Shown here: positions 8,690 through 19,261 of the stretch, one piece after another
How the letters are laid out: each line of letters starts with the position of its first letter
How positions within the stretch are numbered: the stretch's first letter is position 1
Assembly (NCBI GenBank): GCA_023138975.1
Contig: JAGLON010000002.1
Coordinates: 138,378 to 202,377 of the forward strand
Length of the DNA stretch: 64,000 bases
Origin: Candidatus Zixiibacteriota bacterium
GTDB lineage: Bacteria; Zixibacteria; MSB-5A5; GN15; JAAZOE01
Direction of reading: 5' to 3'
Made by a program: the position numbers and the translations under genes
The notes under the pieces: generated by a model
The model's input: only the letters and a program-made list of their open reading frames with translations
Told to the model about the DNA's origin: nothing
The model's database searches: none

Positions 8690-10618
8690 ATGGGAAAGAA
8701 TATTGCCGAAAAAATAATTTCTGCTCATTTGATTGACGGTAAAATGGAAGTCGGCGAAAACATTGCGATTAGAATTGATCAGACCCTGACGCAGGACGCG
8801 ACCGGGACGATGTCATATCTGCAATTTGAGGCATTAGGGCTGAAAAAAGTTAAAACCGAGCTTTCAGTCAGCTATGTTGACCATAATATGCTTCAATCCG
8901 GTTTTGAAAACGCCGACGATCATAAGTATCTACAATCTGTAGCATCAAAATACGGCATCTATTTTTCCCGACCGGGTAATGGTATCTGCCATCAAGTACA
9001 TCTCGAAAGATTCGGTGCTCCGGGTAAGACTCTCCTCGGTTCCGATTCTCACACTCCAACTGGCGGCGGTATCGGGATGATGGCTATGGGAGCCGGTGGT
9101 CTTGATGTAGCGGTTGCTATGGGCGGCGGTGCTTTTCATCTGAGTATGCCGGAAGTAGTTAATGTCTTTTTGACGGGCAAACTGAAACCGTTTGTAACTG
9201 CCAAAGATATAATACTCGAAGTTCTCCGGGTTTTATCAGTCAAGGGCGGTGTTGGGCGTGTCATTGAATATGGCGGTCCCGGAGTAAAGAAATTGACCGT
9301 GCCTCAGCGCGCCACCATTACCAATATGGGAGCCGAATTGGGTGCTACGACTTCGATTTTTCCTTCCGATGAGAACACCAAAGCATTTATGAAGCTCCAA
9401 AAGCGTGCCAAAAACTGGGTGCCTCTGGAAGCCGATAAAGATGCCAAATATGCCAAAGTTATCAAGATAGATTTGTCCAAATTGGAACCGATGATTGCCA
9501 AACCGCATTCGCCCGACAGTGTTGTCAAAGTTAAGGCGATTAAAAGGGTTAAGGTTGATCAGGTATGTATCGGAAGCTGTACGAACTCCTCTATTACTGA
9601 TTTAATGATTACAGCCAGCCTGCTTAAGGGTAAAAAGGTTCACACAGATGTCTCCTGCACTATCTCACCCGGCTCGAAACAGGTTTTTGAGGCAATTGCA
9701 GATAACGGCGCTTTGACTGACCTTATTGCTTCCGGTGCAAGAATTATAGAATCCGGTTGTGGTCCGTGCATAGGCATGGGGCAGGCGCCAAGTTCCGGCG
9801 CGGTATCGGTGCGGTCGTTTAACCGCAACTTCCCCGGCCGCTCGGGTACAAAAGACGCTCAGGTTTTCCTGGCTAGCCCGGAGACTTGCGTAGCCGCGGC
9901 TATTACCGGTTATATTACCGACCCGCGTGAATTGAAAACATACCCGAAAGTTAAAATGCCGGAAAAAATGAAAATAGATGATTCCGGAATTCTCGAGCCG
10001 TCTGAAACTCCGGGCAAAGTAAAAATCCTCCGCGGCCCGAATATTCAACCGCTTCCGATAAACACGGCCATGTCATCTTCATTAGAAGGTGAAGTGCTGT
10101 TGATAACGGGAGACAATGTTACGACCGACCATATTATGCCGGCCGGAGCCAAGGTTCTTCCGCTGCGGTCAAATATTCCCAAAATCGCTGAATTTGTGTA
10201 CTATATGGTTGACTCTGGATTTGTCAGCCGGTGTAAGGAAAAAGGCGGCGGGTTTATAATTGGCGGTGATAATTATGGCCAAGGCTCTTCCCGCGAGCAC
10301 GCCGCTTTGGCGCCAATGTATCTGGGTATTAAAATGGTTTTAACTAAATCATTCGCCCGAATTCATCTGGCCAACCTAATTAACTTTGGAATTTTACCGT
10401 TAACTTTTGCCGACCCGGCCGACTACAAAAAGATTGAACAAGGCGATAAGTTAAAACTGCCGCTGGTGTCTGATATCATTGCTACCGGGGCTGATTTAAC
10501 AGTTAAGAACATTACTAAAAAGTTTGATATTCAGGTAACTTATTCGCTGACTCCGCGTCAGGTTCAAATCGTCCGCGCAGGCGGATTATTGAACTATACC
10601 AGAGGCGGTGGAAAGTAA
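8690..10618 (+). CDS. Aconitate hydratase (about 640-aa short, Aquifex/mitochondrial-like type)
   Basis: Fe-S ligand motifs SDSHTPTGGG, CIGSCTNSS and GCGPCIGMG. Swivel-domain motif GDNYGQGSSREHAA. AGGAGA RBS. Confidence 0.85.
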   Translation: MGKNIAEKIISAHLIDGKMEVGENIAIRIDQTLTQDATGTMSYLQFEALGLKKVKTELSVSYVDHNMLQSGFENADDHKYLQSVASKYGIYFSRPGNGICHQVHLERFGAPGKTLLGSDSHTPTGGGIGMMAMGAGGLDVAVAMGGGAFHLSMPEVVNVFLTGKLKPFVTAKDIILEVLRVLSVKGGVGRVIEYGGPGVKKLTVPQRATITNMGAELGATTSIFPSDENTKAFMKLQKRAKNWVPLEADKDAKYAKVIKIDLSKLEPMIAKPHSPDSVVKVKAIKRVKVDQVCIGSCTNSSITDLMITASLLKGKKVHTDVSCTISPGSKQVFEAIADNGALTDLIASGARIIESGCGPCIGMGQAPSSGAVSVRSFNRNFPGRSGTKDAQVFLASPETCVAAAITGYITDPRELKTYPKVKMPEKMKIDDSGILEPSETPGKVKILRGPNIQPLPINTAMSSSLEGEVLLITGDNVTTDHIMPAGAKVLPLRSNIPKIAEFVYYMVDSGFVSRCKEKGGGFIIGGDNYGQGSSREHAALAPMYLGIKMVLTKSFARIHLANLINFGILPLTFADPADYKKIEQGDKLKLPLVSDIIATGADLTVKNITKKFDIQVTYSLTPRQVQIVRAGGLLNYTRGGGK

Positions 10619-10776
10619 TATACGTTGCGGTGTTATAATGCCGCGGTACAACAAAAGATCTGATTAATATTGATGCGCTAACGATGCATCATTGTCGTTG
10701 GCGTATCTGTGAATTTAAACGATGAATTGCCACCGGTTCGGCCGGGGGATCATCCTTATATAAGCGAGAGTTTTTA

Positions 10777-11880
10777 ATGTCAGAAAATAAAGATAATCTA
10801 AAGAAAACAGCCTATACTGATTTTCATATTGAGGCTGGAGCCAAAATGGTACCGTTTGCCGGATATTATATGCCGGTGCAATACGGCGGTATTATCAAGG
10901 AACATAATGCGGTCAGAAATGGTGTGGGATTGTTTGATTTATCGCACATGGGCGAATTTGCAGTGGCTGGACCCAATGCGCTAAAGTTCCTTCAAATGAT
11001 GACCACCAATGACGTTGCTGCTTTGGACACATGGCAAATACAGTATTCCTGCATGACCTTTGAGGATGGCGGAATTGTTGACGATTTGCTGGTTTATAAT
11101 CTGGATGACCATTATATGCTGGTTGTCAATGCCGCCAATATTGATAAAGACTTCAAATGGCTCAGCGATCATTTAATCGATGGCGTGGAACTTATCAACC
11201 GCAGCGACGATTTTTCTTTGCTGGCCATTCAAGGACCGGACGCAAAAAAACTGATGGAAGAGCTCACCGATTTTGATCTTGATGGCCTAACTTACTACAA
11301 TGCTGCCGAAGAGGAGATAGCCGGAAAAGTGACCCTGTTCTCTCGAACCGGATATACCGGCGAGGATGGTTTTGAACTGTATATTCCTCCGGAAGACGGA
11401 CCGGAAATCTGGCAGGCGATTATGACTGCGGGCAAAAAATACAATCTGGAATTGATTGGTCTCGGAGCTCGTGACAGTCTGCGCCTTGAAATGAAAATGG
11501 CGCTGTACGGGAATGATATTGATCAAACGACCAATCCGATTGAATCCGGTCTGGGATGGATTGTAAAGCCGGCCAAGGGACCATTTATAGGCTCCGACGC
11601 TGTTGTAAAAATCAAAGAAGAGAAACCGAAACGGAAATTAGTCTGTCTGGTTCTCAAAGACAAGTGCTTCCCGCGTAAAGGATACACTATTATGGAAGGC
11701 GATGAAGTCGTTGGCGAGATCACTTCCGGAACGGTTTCACCGTCGTTGGGTATTCCGATAGCGATGGGCTACGTACCCAAACGACTGGCAAAATCCGGTA
11801 ATACCGTTGAGATTGATATCCGGGGCAAGCGGTTTACCGCCGAAGTAATCAAGCCGCCGTTTTATAAGAAGAGCAAGTAG
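10777..11880 (+). CDS. gcvT: Glycine cleavage system T protein (aminomethyltransferase)
   Basis: GLFDLSHMGEF, GYTGEDGFE and GARDSLRLE motifs; 367 aa. Confidence 0.9.
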   Translation: MSENKDNLKKTAYTDFHIEAGAKMVPFAGYYMPVQYGGIIKEHNAVRNGVGLFDLSHMGEFAVAGPNALKFLQMMTTNDVAALDTWQIQYSCMTFEDGGIVDDLLVYNLDDHYMLVVNAANIDKDFKWLSDHLIDGVELINRSDDFSLLAIQGPDAKKLMEELTDFDLDGLTYYNAAEEEIAGKVTLFSRTGYTGEDGFELYIPPEDGPEIWQAIMTAGKKYNLELIGLGARDSLRLEMKMALYGNDIDQTTNPIESGLGWIVKPAKGPFIGSDAVVKIKEEKPKRKLVCLVLKDKCFPRKGYTIMEGDEVVGEITSGTVSPSLGIPIAMGYVPKRLAKSGNTVEIDIRGKRFTAEVIKPPFYKKSK

Positions 11881-11888
11881 CGATATTT

Positions 11889-12605
11889 ATGATAGAGCTT
11901 TACACTATTCCGGCAGGAGTGCCAGATTCGATTGATCGGGATCGGCCGGTTATTATAATAGATATTTTTCGCGCCTCGACCAGTATGTCAGCGGCTCTTG
12001 ATGCCGGAGCCAAAGAACTGTATTTTGCAGGATCTATAAAAGAAGGTGAAAAACTAAAGAGTCTGCTCGGGCAGGGCGTAGTCATGGCTGGAGAGCGTGA
12101 AGGATACCGCATCAAGGGATACGATCTGGGGAATTCGCCCAGAGAAATGTCGCCTGAGGCTTTAAGCGGGAAGACAGTCGTTTTTAACTCTACTAACGGG
12201 ACAAAACTGCTGCGCCGCTTTTCTGAGTTTGACCATGTGATTGTAGGTTCTTTTGTCTGCCTGGACGCGATTGTAGCGCATTTGAGAACATATGAGAAAG
12301 ATCCGGTTGTTTGCTGCGCCGGAACGGTTAGTAGGTTTTCGGGCGAGGATACTCTGGCAGCAGGGATGATAATATCTCGGCTGGTTGTTAATGGGAAAAA
12401 AACTGATGATGCCTCAGATTTTGCCCGCCGACTGGTTGAAAACCATCCGGATGAGTGGCGTGAATGGGCGATAAACTCACGGCACGGGCAGTATCTTGCT
12501 TCCATTGGTTTGAAGGATGATCTTGATTTTTGTACCGAGGTTAATCGGTATAATTTTGTTCCGATCAAAGATGGTGAACGAATAGTAAAGCTTGATCTGG
12601 ACTGA
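11889..12605 (+). CDS. comB: 2-phosphosulfolactate phosphatase family protein (ComB)
   Basis: IIDIFRASTSM..., GEREG and KGYDLGNSP motifs are typical of the ComB family. Confidence 0.7.
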   Translation: MIELYTIPAGVPDSIDRDRPVIIIDIFRASTSMSAALDAGAKELYFAGSIKEGEKLKSLLGQGVVMAGEREGYRIKGYDLGNSPREMSPEALSGKTVVFNSTNGTKLLRRFSEFDHVIVGSFVCLDAIVAHLRTYEKDPVVCCAGTVSRFSGEDTLAAGMIISRLVVNGKKTDDASDFARRLVENHPDEWREWAINSRHGQYLASIGLKDDLDFCTEVNRYNFVPIKDGERIVKLDLD

Positions 12606-12695
12606 CAGCCTCCGGCGGCATCTATTTGAGTTGAACGGTAATGAGTACTGAGACGTATAATAAAGTATTAAATAGTATGAGAATGAGGTGAAATT

Positions 12696-14621
12696 GTGAA
12701 ATTTATAAAACTGTTCTTTGCCGCGGCTTTAATCTTTTCCTTCGTCGTTGGCGAATTGGAAGCAAGGAAAATCCAGTTTGAAGTAACCGTTCGTGAAAGA
12801 GACACGGCGGGCGATTATAAACTCGTTGCCAAACAGCCGCTGACGATTACAGAGAATGTAAAAAACACAAGCTTTATTTCAAATTTCACTCTCGACCTGA
12901 GTGCATCTTATAATGATTCCGGGTTTTATCTATGCGAGTTTTCTCTTTATACCATAGGTCCTCATTCACAAACACTGTACAAAAAGTTTCAAAGCTTCCC
13001 CGGAGGAGTTTATTTTGTAGATAATGTGCGATTGAAAAATCAGGTAGTATATCGGGTTGGGATTTCTCCGCTGAGTATTGATTCGGTATCTTCAGATCTG
13101 TCTGATTGCGGATTTAATTTTCGTGAAGAAGGAGTGTGGCGATTTGATCCGTCAGCCCATTTTGATTTATATTTTGTTAATCAGACTTTGGGAGATGCTC
13201 GCTGGAATCAGGTCAGGGATTACCTGGAACTAAACTATAAAGATTTTAAGAAACGATTTGATCCGACTTTCCCTGGAAAGGTCAACTGCTTCTTGTCTCC
13301 TTGTATATTGCCCGAAGTGACTTGGGATGAACGTAGCGGCTATGCGATTGATCCAGCCCGGTTCAACTGCATGATGCTTTATTCCGGTTCGTACAATACA
13401 ATTGATCCGTTCCCCGTGTTTCTGGTTCGGATTTATCGTTTTATGGGATACGCTCCACCGTTATTATCCGAAGGATTGGCCGGATACTATGATTTTCCTC
13501 ACTACTATGCCCGCAAGCTGAAACAGGATAGTGAGCTTCCTCCGCTTTCGATGACATTAAAATCTATTGATTATTACAGTTTGCCCGGACACAACAATAT
13601 CTCAATAGCATCATCATTCTCCAAATTTTTGATTGACTCCTATGGGTTTAACCAATTCAAACAACTGTATGAAAAAGCGACCGACCTAACCTTGGCGGGA
13701 TCATTTGAGGAAATATATAAGAAACCGCTGGAGGTTCTTGAAGATGAGTGGCATTCAACTTTAGATACCGTCTCCATTGGTATTAATCACTTTCGGTATT
13801 ACTATGAGCGGGACGAATATATTTACAATAAAGCGGGGATGAATCGTTTCCTTGATGAGTTTAAAAGCGTAATAACAACTACCAATGATACCCTGTTTGT
13901 TTACGCCAAAGAAGCTTGGAATAGATATATGGACGGCGAATTTGATTCTGCCATCACGATCTACCAAAAACTATTGCCAATGGACCCGACTAACAATACC
14001 TATAACATGGTGTATGGCAATTTGATGCTAATTGACGGACGCTATGATTCCGCGATTGCCATATATGATAATCTGTACAGTATTGATTCTTCGATGAAAA
14101 CAATTTTCTATAAAAAGGGAGAAGCGTATCTACGAAATGGGAATTTGGACAGCGCTACAGCCTATTTTAGAAAAGACCTTGAGGAAGGATCGTCGCCATT
14201 ATCACAAGCTTCGTCTGGAATATGGATGGGAAGAATATCACTGGCTGCCGGAGATACGACGATGGCCAGGGATTACTATGCTGATGCCCTCGATGAAATG
14301 GAGCAGATATACCAGTTTGGTAAAGCCCGTCCGGCGTTTTTACTTCGGTTGGGGCAAGCTCATTTAGGCTTGGCAATGTGTGATAAAACACCCTTGGCGA
14401 CGGCAAAATCTTTTCTTGAACAAGCCAAATATTTTGAGGTGCATCCGACGCGGGTTATTTTCGGGACGAGAATTCTACACGAGTTGGGTAAAATAGCAGA
14501 TCTCGAAGGTCGCCGCGATGAAGCCATCTCCTATTATCAGGAGGCGATGACATATTCGCTGTCTCCTTTTATCGACGCCGAGATACGTCAACTTCTTAGT
14601 CAGCCGTTCACCGGTTATTGA
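12696..14621 (+). CDS. Secreted protein with an unknown N-terminal domain and C-terminal TPR repeats
   Basis: GTG start. Signal peptide MKFIKLFFAAALIFSFVVGELEA. The C-terminal third has TPR-like repeats (AITIYQKLLPMDP..., AIAIYDNLYSID..., AISYYQEAM). Confidence 0.6.
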   Translation: MKFIKLFFAAALIFSFVVGELEARKIQFEVTVRERDTAGDYKLVAKQPLTITENVKNTSFISNFTLDLSASYNDSGFYLCEFSLYTIGPHSQTLYKKFQSFPGGVYFVDNVRLKNQVVYRVGISPLSIDSVSSDLSDCGFNFREEGVWRFDPSAHFDLYFVNQTLGDARWNQVRDYLELNYKDFKKRFDPTFPGKVNCFLSPCILPEVTWDERSGYAIDPARFNCMMLYSGSYNTIDPFPVFLVRIYRFMGYAPPLLSEGLAGYYDFPHYYARKLKQDSELPPLSMTLKSIDYYSLPGHNNISIASSFSKFLIDSYGFNQFKQLYEKATDLTLAGSFEEIYKKPLEVLEDEWHSTLDTVSIGINHFRYYYERDEYIYNKAGMNRFLDEFKSVITTTNDTLFVYAKEAWNRYMDGEFDSAITIYQKLLPMDPTNNTYNMVYGNLMLIDGRYDSAIAIYDNLYSIDSSMKTIFYKKGEAYLRNGNLDSATAYFRKDLEEGSSPLSQASSGIWMGRISLAAGDTTMARDYYADALDEMEQIYQFGKARPAFLLRLGQAHLGLAMCDKTPLATAKSFLEQAKYFEVHPTRVIFGTRILHELGKIADLEGRRDEAISYYQEAMTYSLSPFIDAEIRQLLSQPFTGY

Positions 14622-14661
14622 TACAAGTTGCGGTTTTACATGATGGAAAAATATTTAAGAC

Positions 14662-16746
14662 ATGTTTAATTTTCTAAATACAGCCATATTGACTGCGGCT
14701 GCCGCGGCGCTTTTGCCTTTTTTGCTGCATCTGTTTTCTAAACGCAAAGTGAAAATAGTGCCGTTTTCATCCATTGCGTATTTAAAAGCGATGCAGAAGC
14801 ATCAGGTGCGAGCGATTAAAATTAAGCAACTACTCTTGTTGTTAATCCGCACCCTGATAGTACTTGCGGTGGTAATGGCTTTTGCTCGGCCAGCCACAAA
14901 AGGCGGCTATCTTGGGTCGCACGCTTCGGTTTCAGCGGTCATTATTATCGACAATTCAGCCTCTATGGGCGTTTCATCAAAAGACGGTGTTATCTTTGAG
15001 TTAAGTCGTAAACGTGCCGGTAGAATTTTGGATATGCTCGGCCAAGCTGATGAACTATGCCTGGTAGCCACAAATGGTCGTTATGCTTCGCCTTCCGGAG
15101 AAGATATCTTTGGCAACCCGGAAACAGCTCGCGATATTTTGGATCGCATTGAATTAACTGATGGACGCGGTAACCTGAATGAATCTTATGCTACAGCAGC
15201 AGCAGTGTTAGCCGAGCGGTTGAATCTCAATCGCGAAATATATATTATCAGTGATTTTCAGGAATCCGGGTTTGTCGGAGAAACGCAGCAGATTCCAGAA
15301 GGGTACAAAACTTTTCTTGTAAATGTGGCCGATGAGGAATTCGCCAATTTTGGAGTCGAGAGTATTGATCCTGGGAACCAGTTAATTGAGGTCGGTACCG
15401 AGTTTCCTTTGACGGCCACGGTAAAATCATACCTTTCGGAAAACTCCGATGATGTCTTGCTTTCTTTGTACCTTGATGGCGAACGGATTGCGCAGGATGG
15501 ACTTTATTTGGAGGCAGGGGCTTCCGAAGCGGTACGGTTTGATGTTTCAGTAAACAAGCCGGGTTTTCATTCCGGTTATGTTATGCTTTCTGATGATGAT
15601 CTGGCCGCCGATAATGAGTACTTTTTCAGCTTTTATATCCCTGAGAACTTCAACATCCTGTTAGTCGGTGATGATGCCTTAGATACCCGGTTGATTAATT
15701 TGGCGTTGGCTCCTGATGAAAAACTAAGGCGGCACTGGTTGGTGACTCCGGCATCCTATGAAAGTCTGGGCTCAATTCGATTAAGGGAGTATGACGTTGT
15801 TATTTTTACGAATTTTGAAAAACTCCGAGACAGCGATTTGAACCGGATGCGAGAATATGTAAGAAACGGCGGCGGATTATTAGTTAATGCCGGGCAAAAA
15901 AGTGATTCAGCGATGTATAACCAACAGTTATCCGAACTCACGGGCGTTACCATGACTTCCTCATTTCCCAAACGGTATTCACGGACAGGGTTCTATATCT
16001 TGTCGGAGTTTGACCGCAATCATCCGATATTGTCGGTCTTTGAAAAAAAAGCTGACTCACCGGACTTGAATTTCAAAAGCTACGCTATTATCAAAACAAC
16101 TTTGCGCTCAGATGCCGAACCGCAGCTTATGGCCAGGTTTTCCGACGGTTCGCCGGGAATAACAGTCAATCGATTTGGTCGCGGCTGGGTCATGTATATG
16201 GGTTGTGATATTAATCCGGAAATATCGGACATATCGATGCATCCGTTTTTTGTTCCATTCCTGGTGCGCACCTGCGAGTTTCTTTCCTCCGGTTTTTCTG
16301 CGACAAGTGAGAATATCTATACCGGTCAGTCGCCTCGGAGAGAGATAAGAAAAAGCTTTAGTGTGACAAACGAATTTGAGTTATCGCTTCCCGATGGTTC
16401 CCGCCGGATTGTCAATGCTGAATCAATTGGTAATATACGTTCGGTCGAATGCGGATCATTGAACCAAAGCGGTATTTATCATATAATGAACGGTTCTACT
16501 GAAAGCGACTGCTTTGCGGTTAATATTCCGGTTGAGGAAAGTGATATTTACCGCACCGACTGGGACAACCTCGAAAACCGGCTAAGCGCCCGGCAACTTC
16601 CGCATTCGGCAGATTTGGCTGGATTTGTTTCTGAACAGCGGTTTGGACGCGAACTGTGGCATTATTTCATTTTCGCGGCCTTGTTGTTAATGGTCATCGA
16701 GATGGTTTTGGCTCGTGATCGCAGGACAACTCCGGCAAGTGAGTAA
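14662..16746 (+). CDS. Membrane protein with a BatA-type N-terminal double-TM domain and a vWA domain
   Basis: The N-terminus MFNFLNTAILTAAAAALLPFLLHLFSKRK...IVPFSS is typical of the aerotolerance BatA N-terminal domain. vWA MIDAS-like IIIDNSASM. C-terminal TM helix. Confidence 0.65.
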   Translation: MFNFLNTAILTAAAAALLPFLLHLFSKRKVKIVPFSSIAYLKAMQKHQVRAIKIKQLLLLLIRTLIVLAVVMAFARPATKGGYLGSHASVSAVIIIDNSASMGVSSKDGVIFELSRKRAGRILDMLGQADELCLVATNGRYASPSGEDIFGNPETARDILDRIELTDGRGNLNESYATAAAVLAERLNLNREIYIISDFQESGFVGETQQIPEGYKTFLVNVADEEFANFGVESIDPGNQLIEVGTEFPLTATVKSYLSENSDDVLLSLYLDGERIAQDGLYLEAGASEAVRFDVSVNKPGFHSGYVMLSDDDLAADNEYFFSFYIPENFNILLVGDDALDTRLINLALAPDEKLRRHWLVTPASYESLGSIRLREYDVVIFTNFEKLRDSDLNRMREYVRNGGGLLVNAGQKSDSAMYNQQLSELTGVTMTSSFPKRYSRTGFYILSEFDRNHPILSVFEKKADSPDLNFKSYAIIKTTLRSDAEPQLMARFSDGSPGITVNRFGRGWVMYMGCDINPEISDISMHPFFVPFLVRTCEFLSSGFSATSENIYTGQSPRREIRKSFSVTNEFELSLPDGSRRIVNAESIGNIRSVECGSLNQSGIYHIMNGSTESDCFAVNIPVEESDIYRTDWDNLENRLSARQLPHSADLAGFVSEQRFGRELWHYFIFAALLLMVIEMVLARDRRTTPASE

Positions 16747-16753
16747 TTGACCT

Positions 16754-18637
16754 ATGCTGCTGGCGACATTATCAAATATAACCAAGCGTTTCGATGACCA
16801 ACTCATAATTGAAAATGGCTCGTTTTCCATGCAGGAAGGACAAAAAGTTGGACTGGTCGGTAGTAACGGTACCGGAAAGACAACGCTCTTTCGCATGATT
16901 GTGGGTGAGATTCGACCCGATTCCGGCTCAATAGATTTCAAAAAAGGTATCAAGACGGGAACAGTCGCACAAGAACTTCACCATGAACTGGAGTTTTCAC
17001 TGCGTGATTTTTGCTATATGACACATCCGAAAGTCAATGATGTTCGAATGCAGATAGCGAAACTGGAGCCGTCCATCGCGGAACAAAATCCTCCCGATGA
17101 GATTGTTAATGAGTATCATGCGCTGACTCAGGAATATACCGAGTTAGGCGGCTATCGGTTTGAAACCGAAGTCAAACTGGTTCTTGAAGGTATCGGATTT
17201 TCCCGAACTCAGATGAATCGGCAGCTTGCGTCTTTCTCCGGAGGTGAACGTAACCGGGCTCAGATTGCCGCGGTTCTACTGGGGGATTATGATTTTCTAC
17301 TACTGGACGAGCCGACCAACCATCTCGACATCCAAGCAACAATTTGGTTGGAAAACCATATTGCCGGCTCTAATAAGGCGTTTCTAATTATCTCACATGA
17401 TAGACGTTTCCTGCAAAATACGACTGAGAAAATAGTAGAATTGTCCATGGGGCGATTGGATATCTATCATTGCCGCTATGATAAATATATCAAAGAGAGA
17501 TCCAAAAAACTTGATGTGGCAGAGCATCATTTCCGGCACCAACAAGAAGAAATCGCTCGTATAGAAGATTTCATCCGCCGAAATATGGCCGGTCAAAAAA
17601 CCAAACAGGCGCAATCTAAACAAAAGTACCTGGCCCGCATGAAAAAGCTTGAGCGTCCTGTTAAAGAAAACAATAAACCGGCCTTTCGTATTGTGGATGG
17701 AGGAAGATCATTCAAGCAGGTTATAAAAGTTGATGATTTGACTATCGGCTATGATAGCTTTCCCCTGGTCAGGGATACCGATTTTGAGTTGACCCGGGGA
17801 GACCGGGTTGGTCTGATTGGGCCAAATGGATGCGGCAAAACGACCTTGCTCAAAACCCTGGGTGGTCTGATGGAACCGATTTCCGGCGATATCACAATCG
17901 GCGGGAATGTTGATGTTGCTTATTTTGATCAGGAACTGTCAAATCTCAATTCGCAAAGTGACGTTTTATCTGAAGTCTGGGATATTGACCCGTTGGCCGA
18001 GTCAGGACGTATTCGATCGTTTTTAGCCCGCTTTGGATTTTCCGGTGAAGATGTTTTCAAGCCGGTTTCACTTTTATCAGGAGGAGAAAAAACAAAACTG
18101 TCGTTGGCCAAAATTCTCTATCGGCCCGCCAATCTTATGATTTTCGATGAGCCGACCAATCATCTTGATATCGAATCAATCGAGGCTCTCGAACAAGGCT
18201 TGAACGAATACCCCGGAACGCTGTTAGTGGTCAGTCACGACAGGGATTTTCTCGATAAAGTCGTAAATCAGATTTTTGATATATCACATGAACATATTCG
18301 CCGTTATCTCGGAAATTACAGCTACTATGCCGAGAAGACTCAGGTCAACCTCAATCCGATGAAAACCGTATCGGCTGAAAAGAAAGCTTCGTATGAACGG
18401 TTCAAAGAGCGCGGGCGGGTAATGGGGCGTTATAAAAAGAGACTAAAACAATTAACCGAAATGATAACCAACGGTGAAAAACGGTTGAAGGAAATGGAGC
18501 GAGACGAGCTTGTGGTCGATGCTTCGAATTGGGAAAGATTAAATGAAATAGCTCAATCCAAACGCAGCCTCGAAGAAGATATCCTCGGTTGGTATATTGA
18601 AAAAGAACAATTAGAATTGGAGCCTCCGCTTGACTAA
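16754..18637 (+). CDS. ABC-F family ATPase (two ABC domains plus a C-terminal coiled coil)
   Basis: Two Walker A motifs (GSNGTGKTT, GPNGCGKTT), two signature motifs (FSGGERNR, LSGGEKTK), and Walker B LLLDEPTNHLD / MIFDEPTNHLD. No TM domain. Confidence 0.85.
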   Translation: MLLATLSNITKRFDDQLIIENGSFSMQEGQKVGLVGSNGTGKTTLFRMIVGEIRPDSGSIDFKKGIKTGTVAQELHHELEFSLRDFCYMTHPKVNDVRMQIAKLEPSIAEQNPPDEIVNEYHALTQEYTELGGYRFETEVKLVLEGIGFSRTQMNRQLASFSGGERNRAQIAAVLLGDYDFLLLDEPTNHLDIQATIWLENHIAGSNKAFLIISHDRRFLQNTTEKIVELSMGRLDIYHCRYDKYIKERSKKLDVAEHHFRHQQEEIARIEDFIRRNMAGQKTKQAQSKQKYLARMKKLERPVKENNKPAFRIVDGGRSFKQVIKVDDLTIGYDSFPLVRDTDFELTRGDRVGLIGPNGCGKTTLLKTLGGLMEPISGDITIGGNVDVAYFDQELSNLNSQSDVLSEVWDIDPLAESGRIRSFLARFGFSGEDVFKPVSLLSGGEKTKLSLAKILYRPANLMIFDEPTNHLDIESIEALEQGLNEYPGTLLVVSHDRDFLDKVVNQIFDISHEHIRRYLGNYSYYAEKTQVNLNPMKTVSAEKKASYERFKERGRVMGRYKKRLKQLTEMITNGEKRLKEMERDELVVDASNWERLNEIAQSKRSLEEDILGWYIEKEQLELEPPLD

Positions 18638-19202
18638 AATTATCGGATTATCCGGCTCTCCGGTAACAGGTTCATCCACTGAGATTCTTGTTCAAGAAGT
18701 CCTGCGCGGTGCAGGTGAAACCGGAGCGGATACAGAGATTATAATTTTAAACGAATATGATATTATGCCGTGTCAGGCCTGCGGGCAATCTCCCGAAGAT
18801 GGATACTGTTTCTTTTCAGATGGAATGGATGAGCTTTATAGTAAGTTTATCGAATGCGACGCCATTGTCATGGGCTCGCCGATTTATTTTGATTCAGTCT
18901 CGGCGCAGATGAAACTGTTCATCGACCGTACCAATTGTTTTCGGACAATTAATCCGAAAAAGCCCTGTGAATTTTCTCTACGTTTTCAAAAAAAGTGCAA
19001 AGGTGCCATCGTATTGGTGGGAGGCGAACGAGAAGAATATGAATTCGCCCGTAGGGTCATCGGAGGTTTCTTTATCTGGGCCGGAGTCGAAAATATTGGG
19101 CTGGTAACACATTCAAACGATAGTCTCGAAAAAGGAACGGCGGCGGATGATTCTCTGGCCATGCAAGAAGCGTTTAGACTCGGAAATAAATTGATGAAAT
19201 AA
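18630..19202 (+). CDS. NADPH-dependent FMN reductase / iron-sulfur flavoprotein-like protein
   Basis: TTG start overlapping the upstream stop. IIGLSGSPVTGSSTE, a Cys cluster (CQACGQSPEDGYC), and GSPIYFDSVSAQMKLFIDR. Confidence 0.65.
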   Translation: MTKIIGLSGSPVTGSSTEILVQEVLRGAGETGADTEIIILNEYDIMPCQACGQSPEDGYCFFSDGMDELYSKFIECDAIVMGSPIYFDSVSAQMKLFIDRTNCFRTINPKKPCEFSLRFQKKCKGAIVLVGGEREEYEFARRVIGGFFIWAGVENIGLVTHSNDSLEKGTAADDSLAMQEAFRLGNKLMK

Positions 19203-19206
19203 AAAA

Positions 19207-19240
19207 ATCAGCCGCCCGAATACACAAGCGGCTGATTTGT
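19207..19240. terminator. Bidirectional terminator between convergent genes
   Basis: Perfect 9-bp stem ATCAGCCGC/GCGGCTGAT, flanked by an A7 run upstream and TTTGT downstream. Confidence 0.65.
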
Positions 19241-19261
19241 CAAGTTGTCCAATCACAGGTG

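Noticed and set aside
9211-9221. An 11-nt identity (AATACTCGAAG) between the aconitase coding region and the 46093 intergenic box.
   Set aside because: Exact 11-mers shared by chance are expected many times in a 64-kb window when both strands are considered.
10619-10776. A possible glycine riboswitch upstream of gcvT.
   Set aside because: I found none of the conserved glycine-riboswitch cores (GGAGAG ... CACCGAAGGGGCAA-type elements). Only generic hairpins are present, for example GATGCGCTAACGA/TGTCGTTGGCGTATC.
11900-12568. A 222-aa ORF antisense to almost the whole comB gene.
   Set aside because: The product is Ser/Arg/Pro-rich with no motifs, and it mirrors the sense gene frame. comB on the plus strand has clear family motifs. 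I treat it as a shadow ORF.
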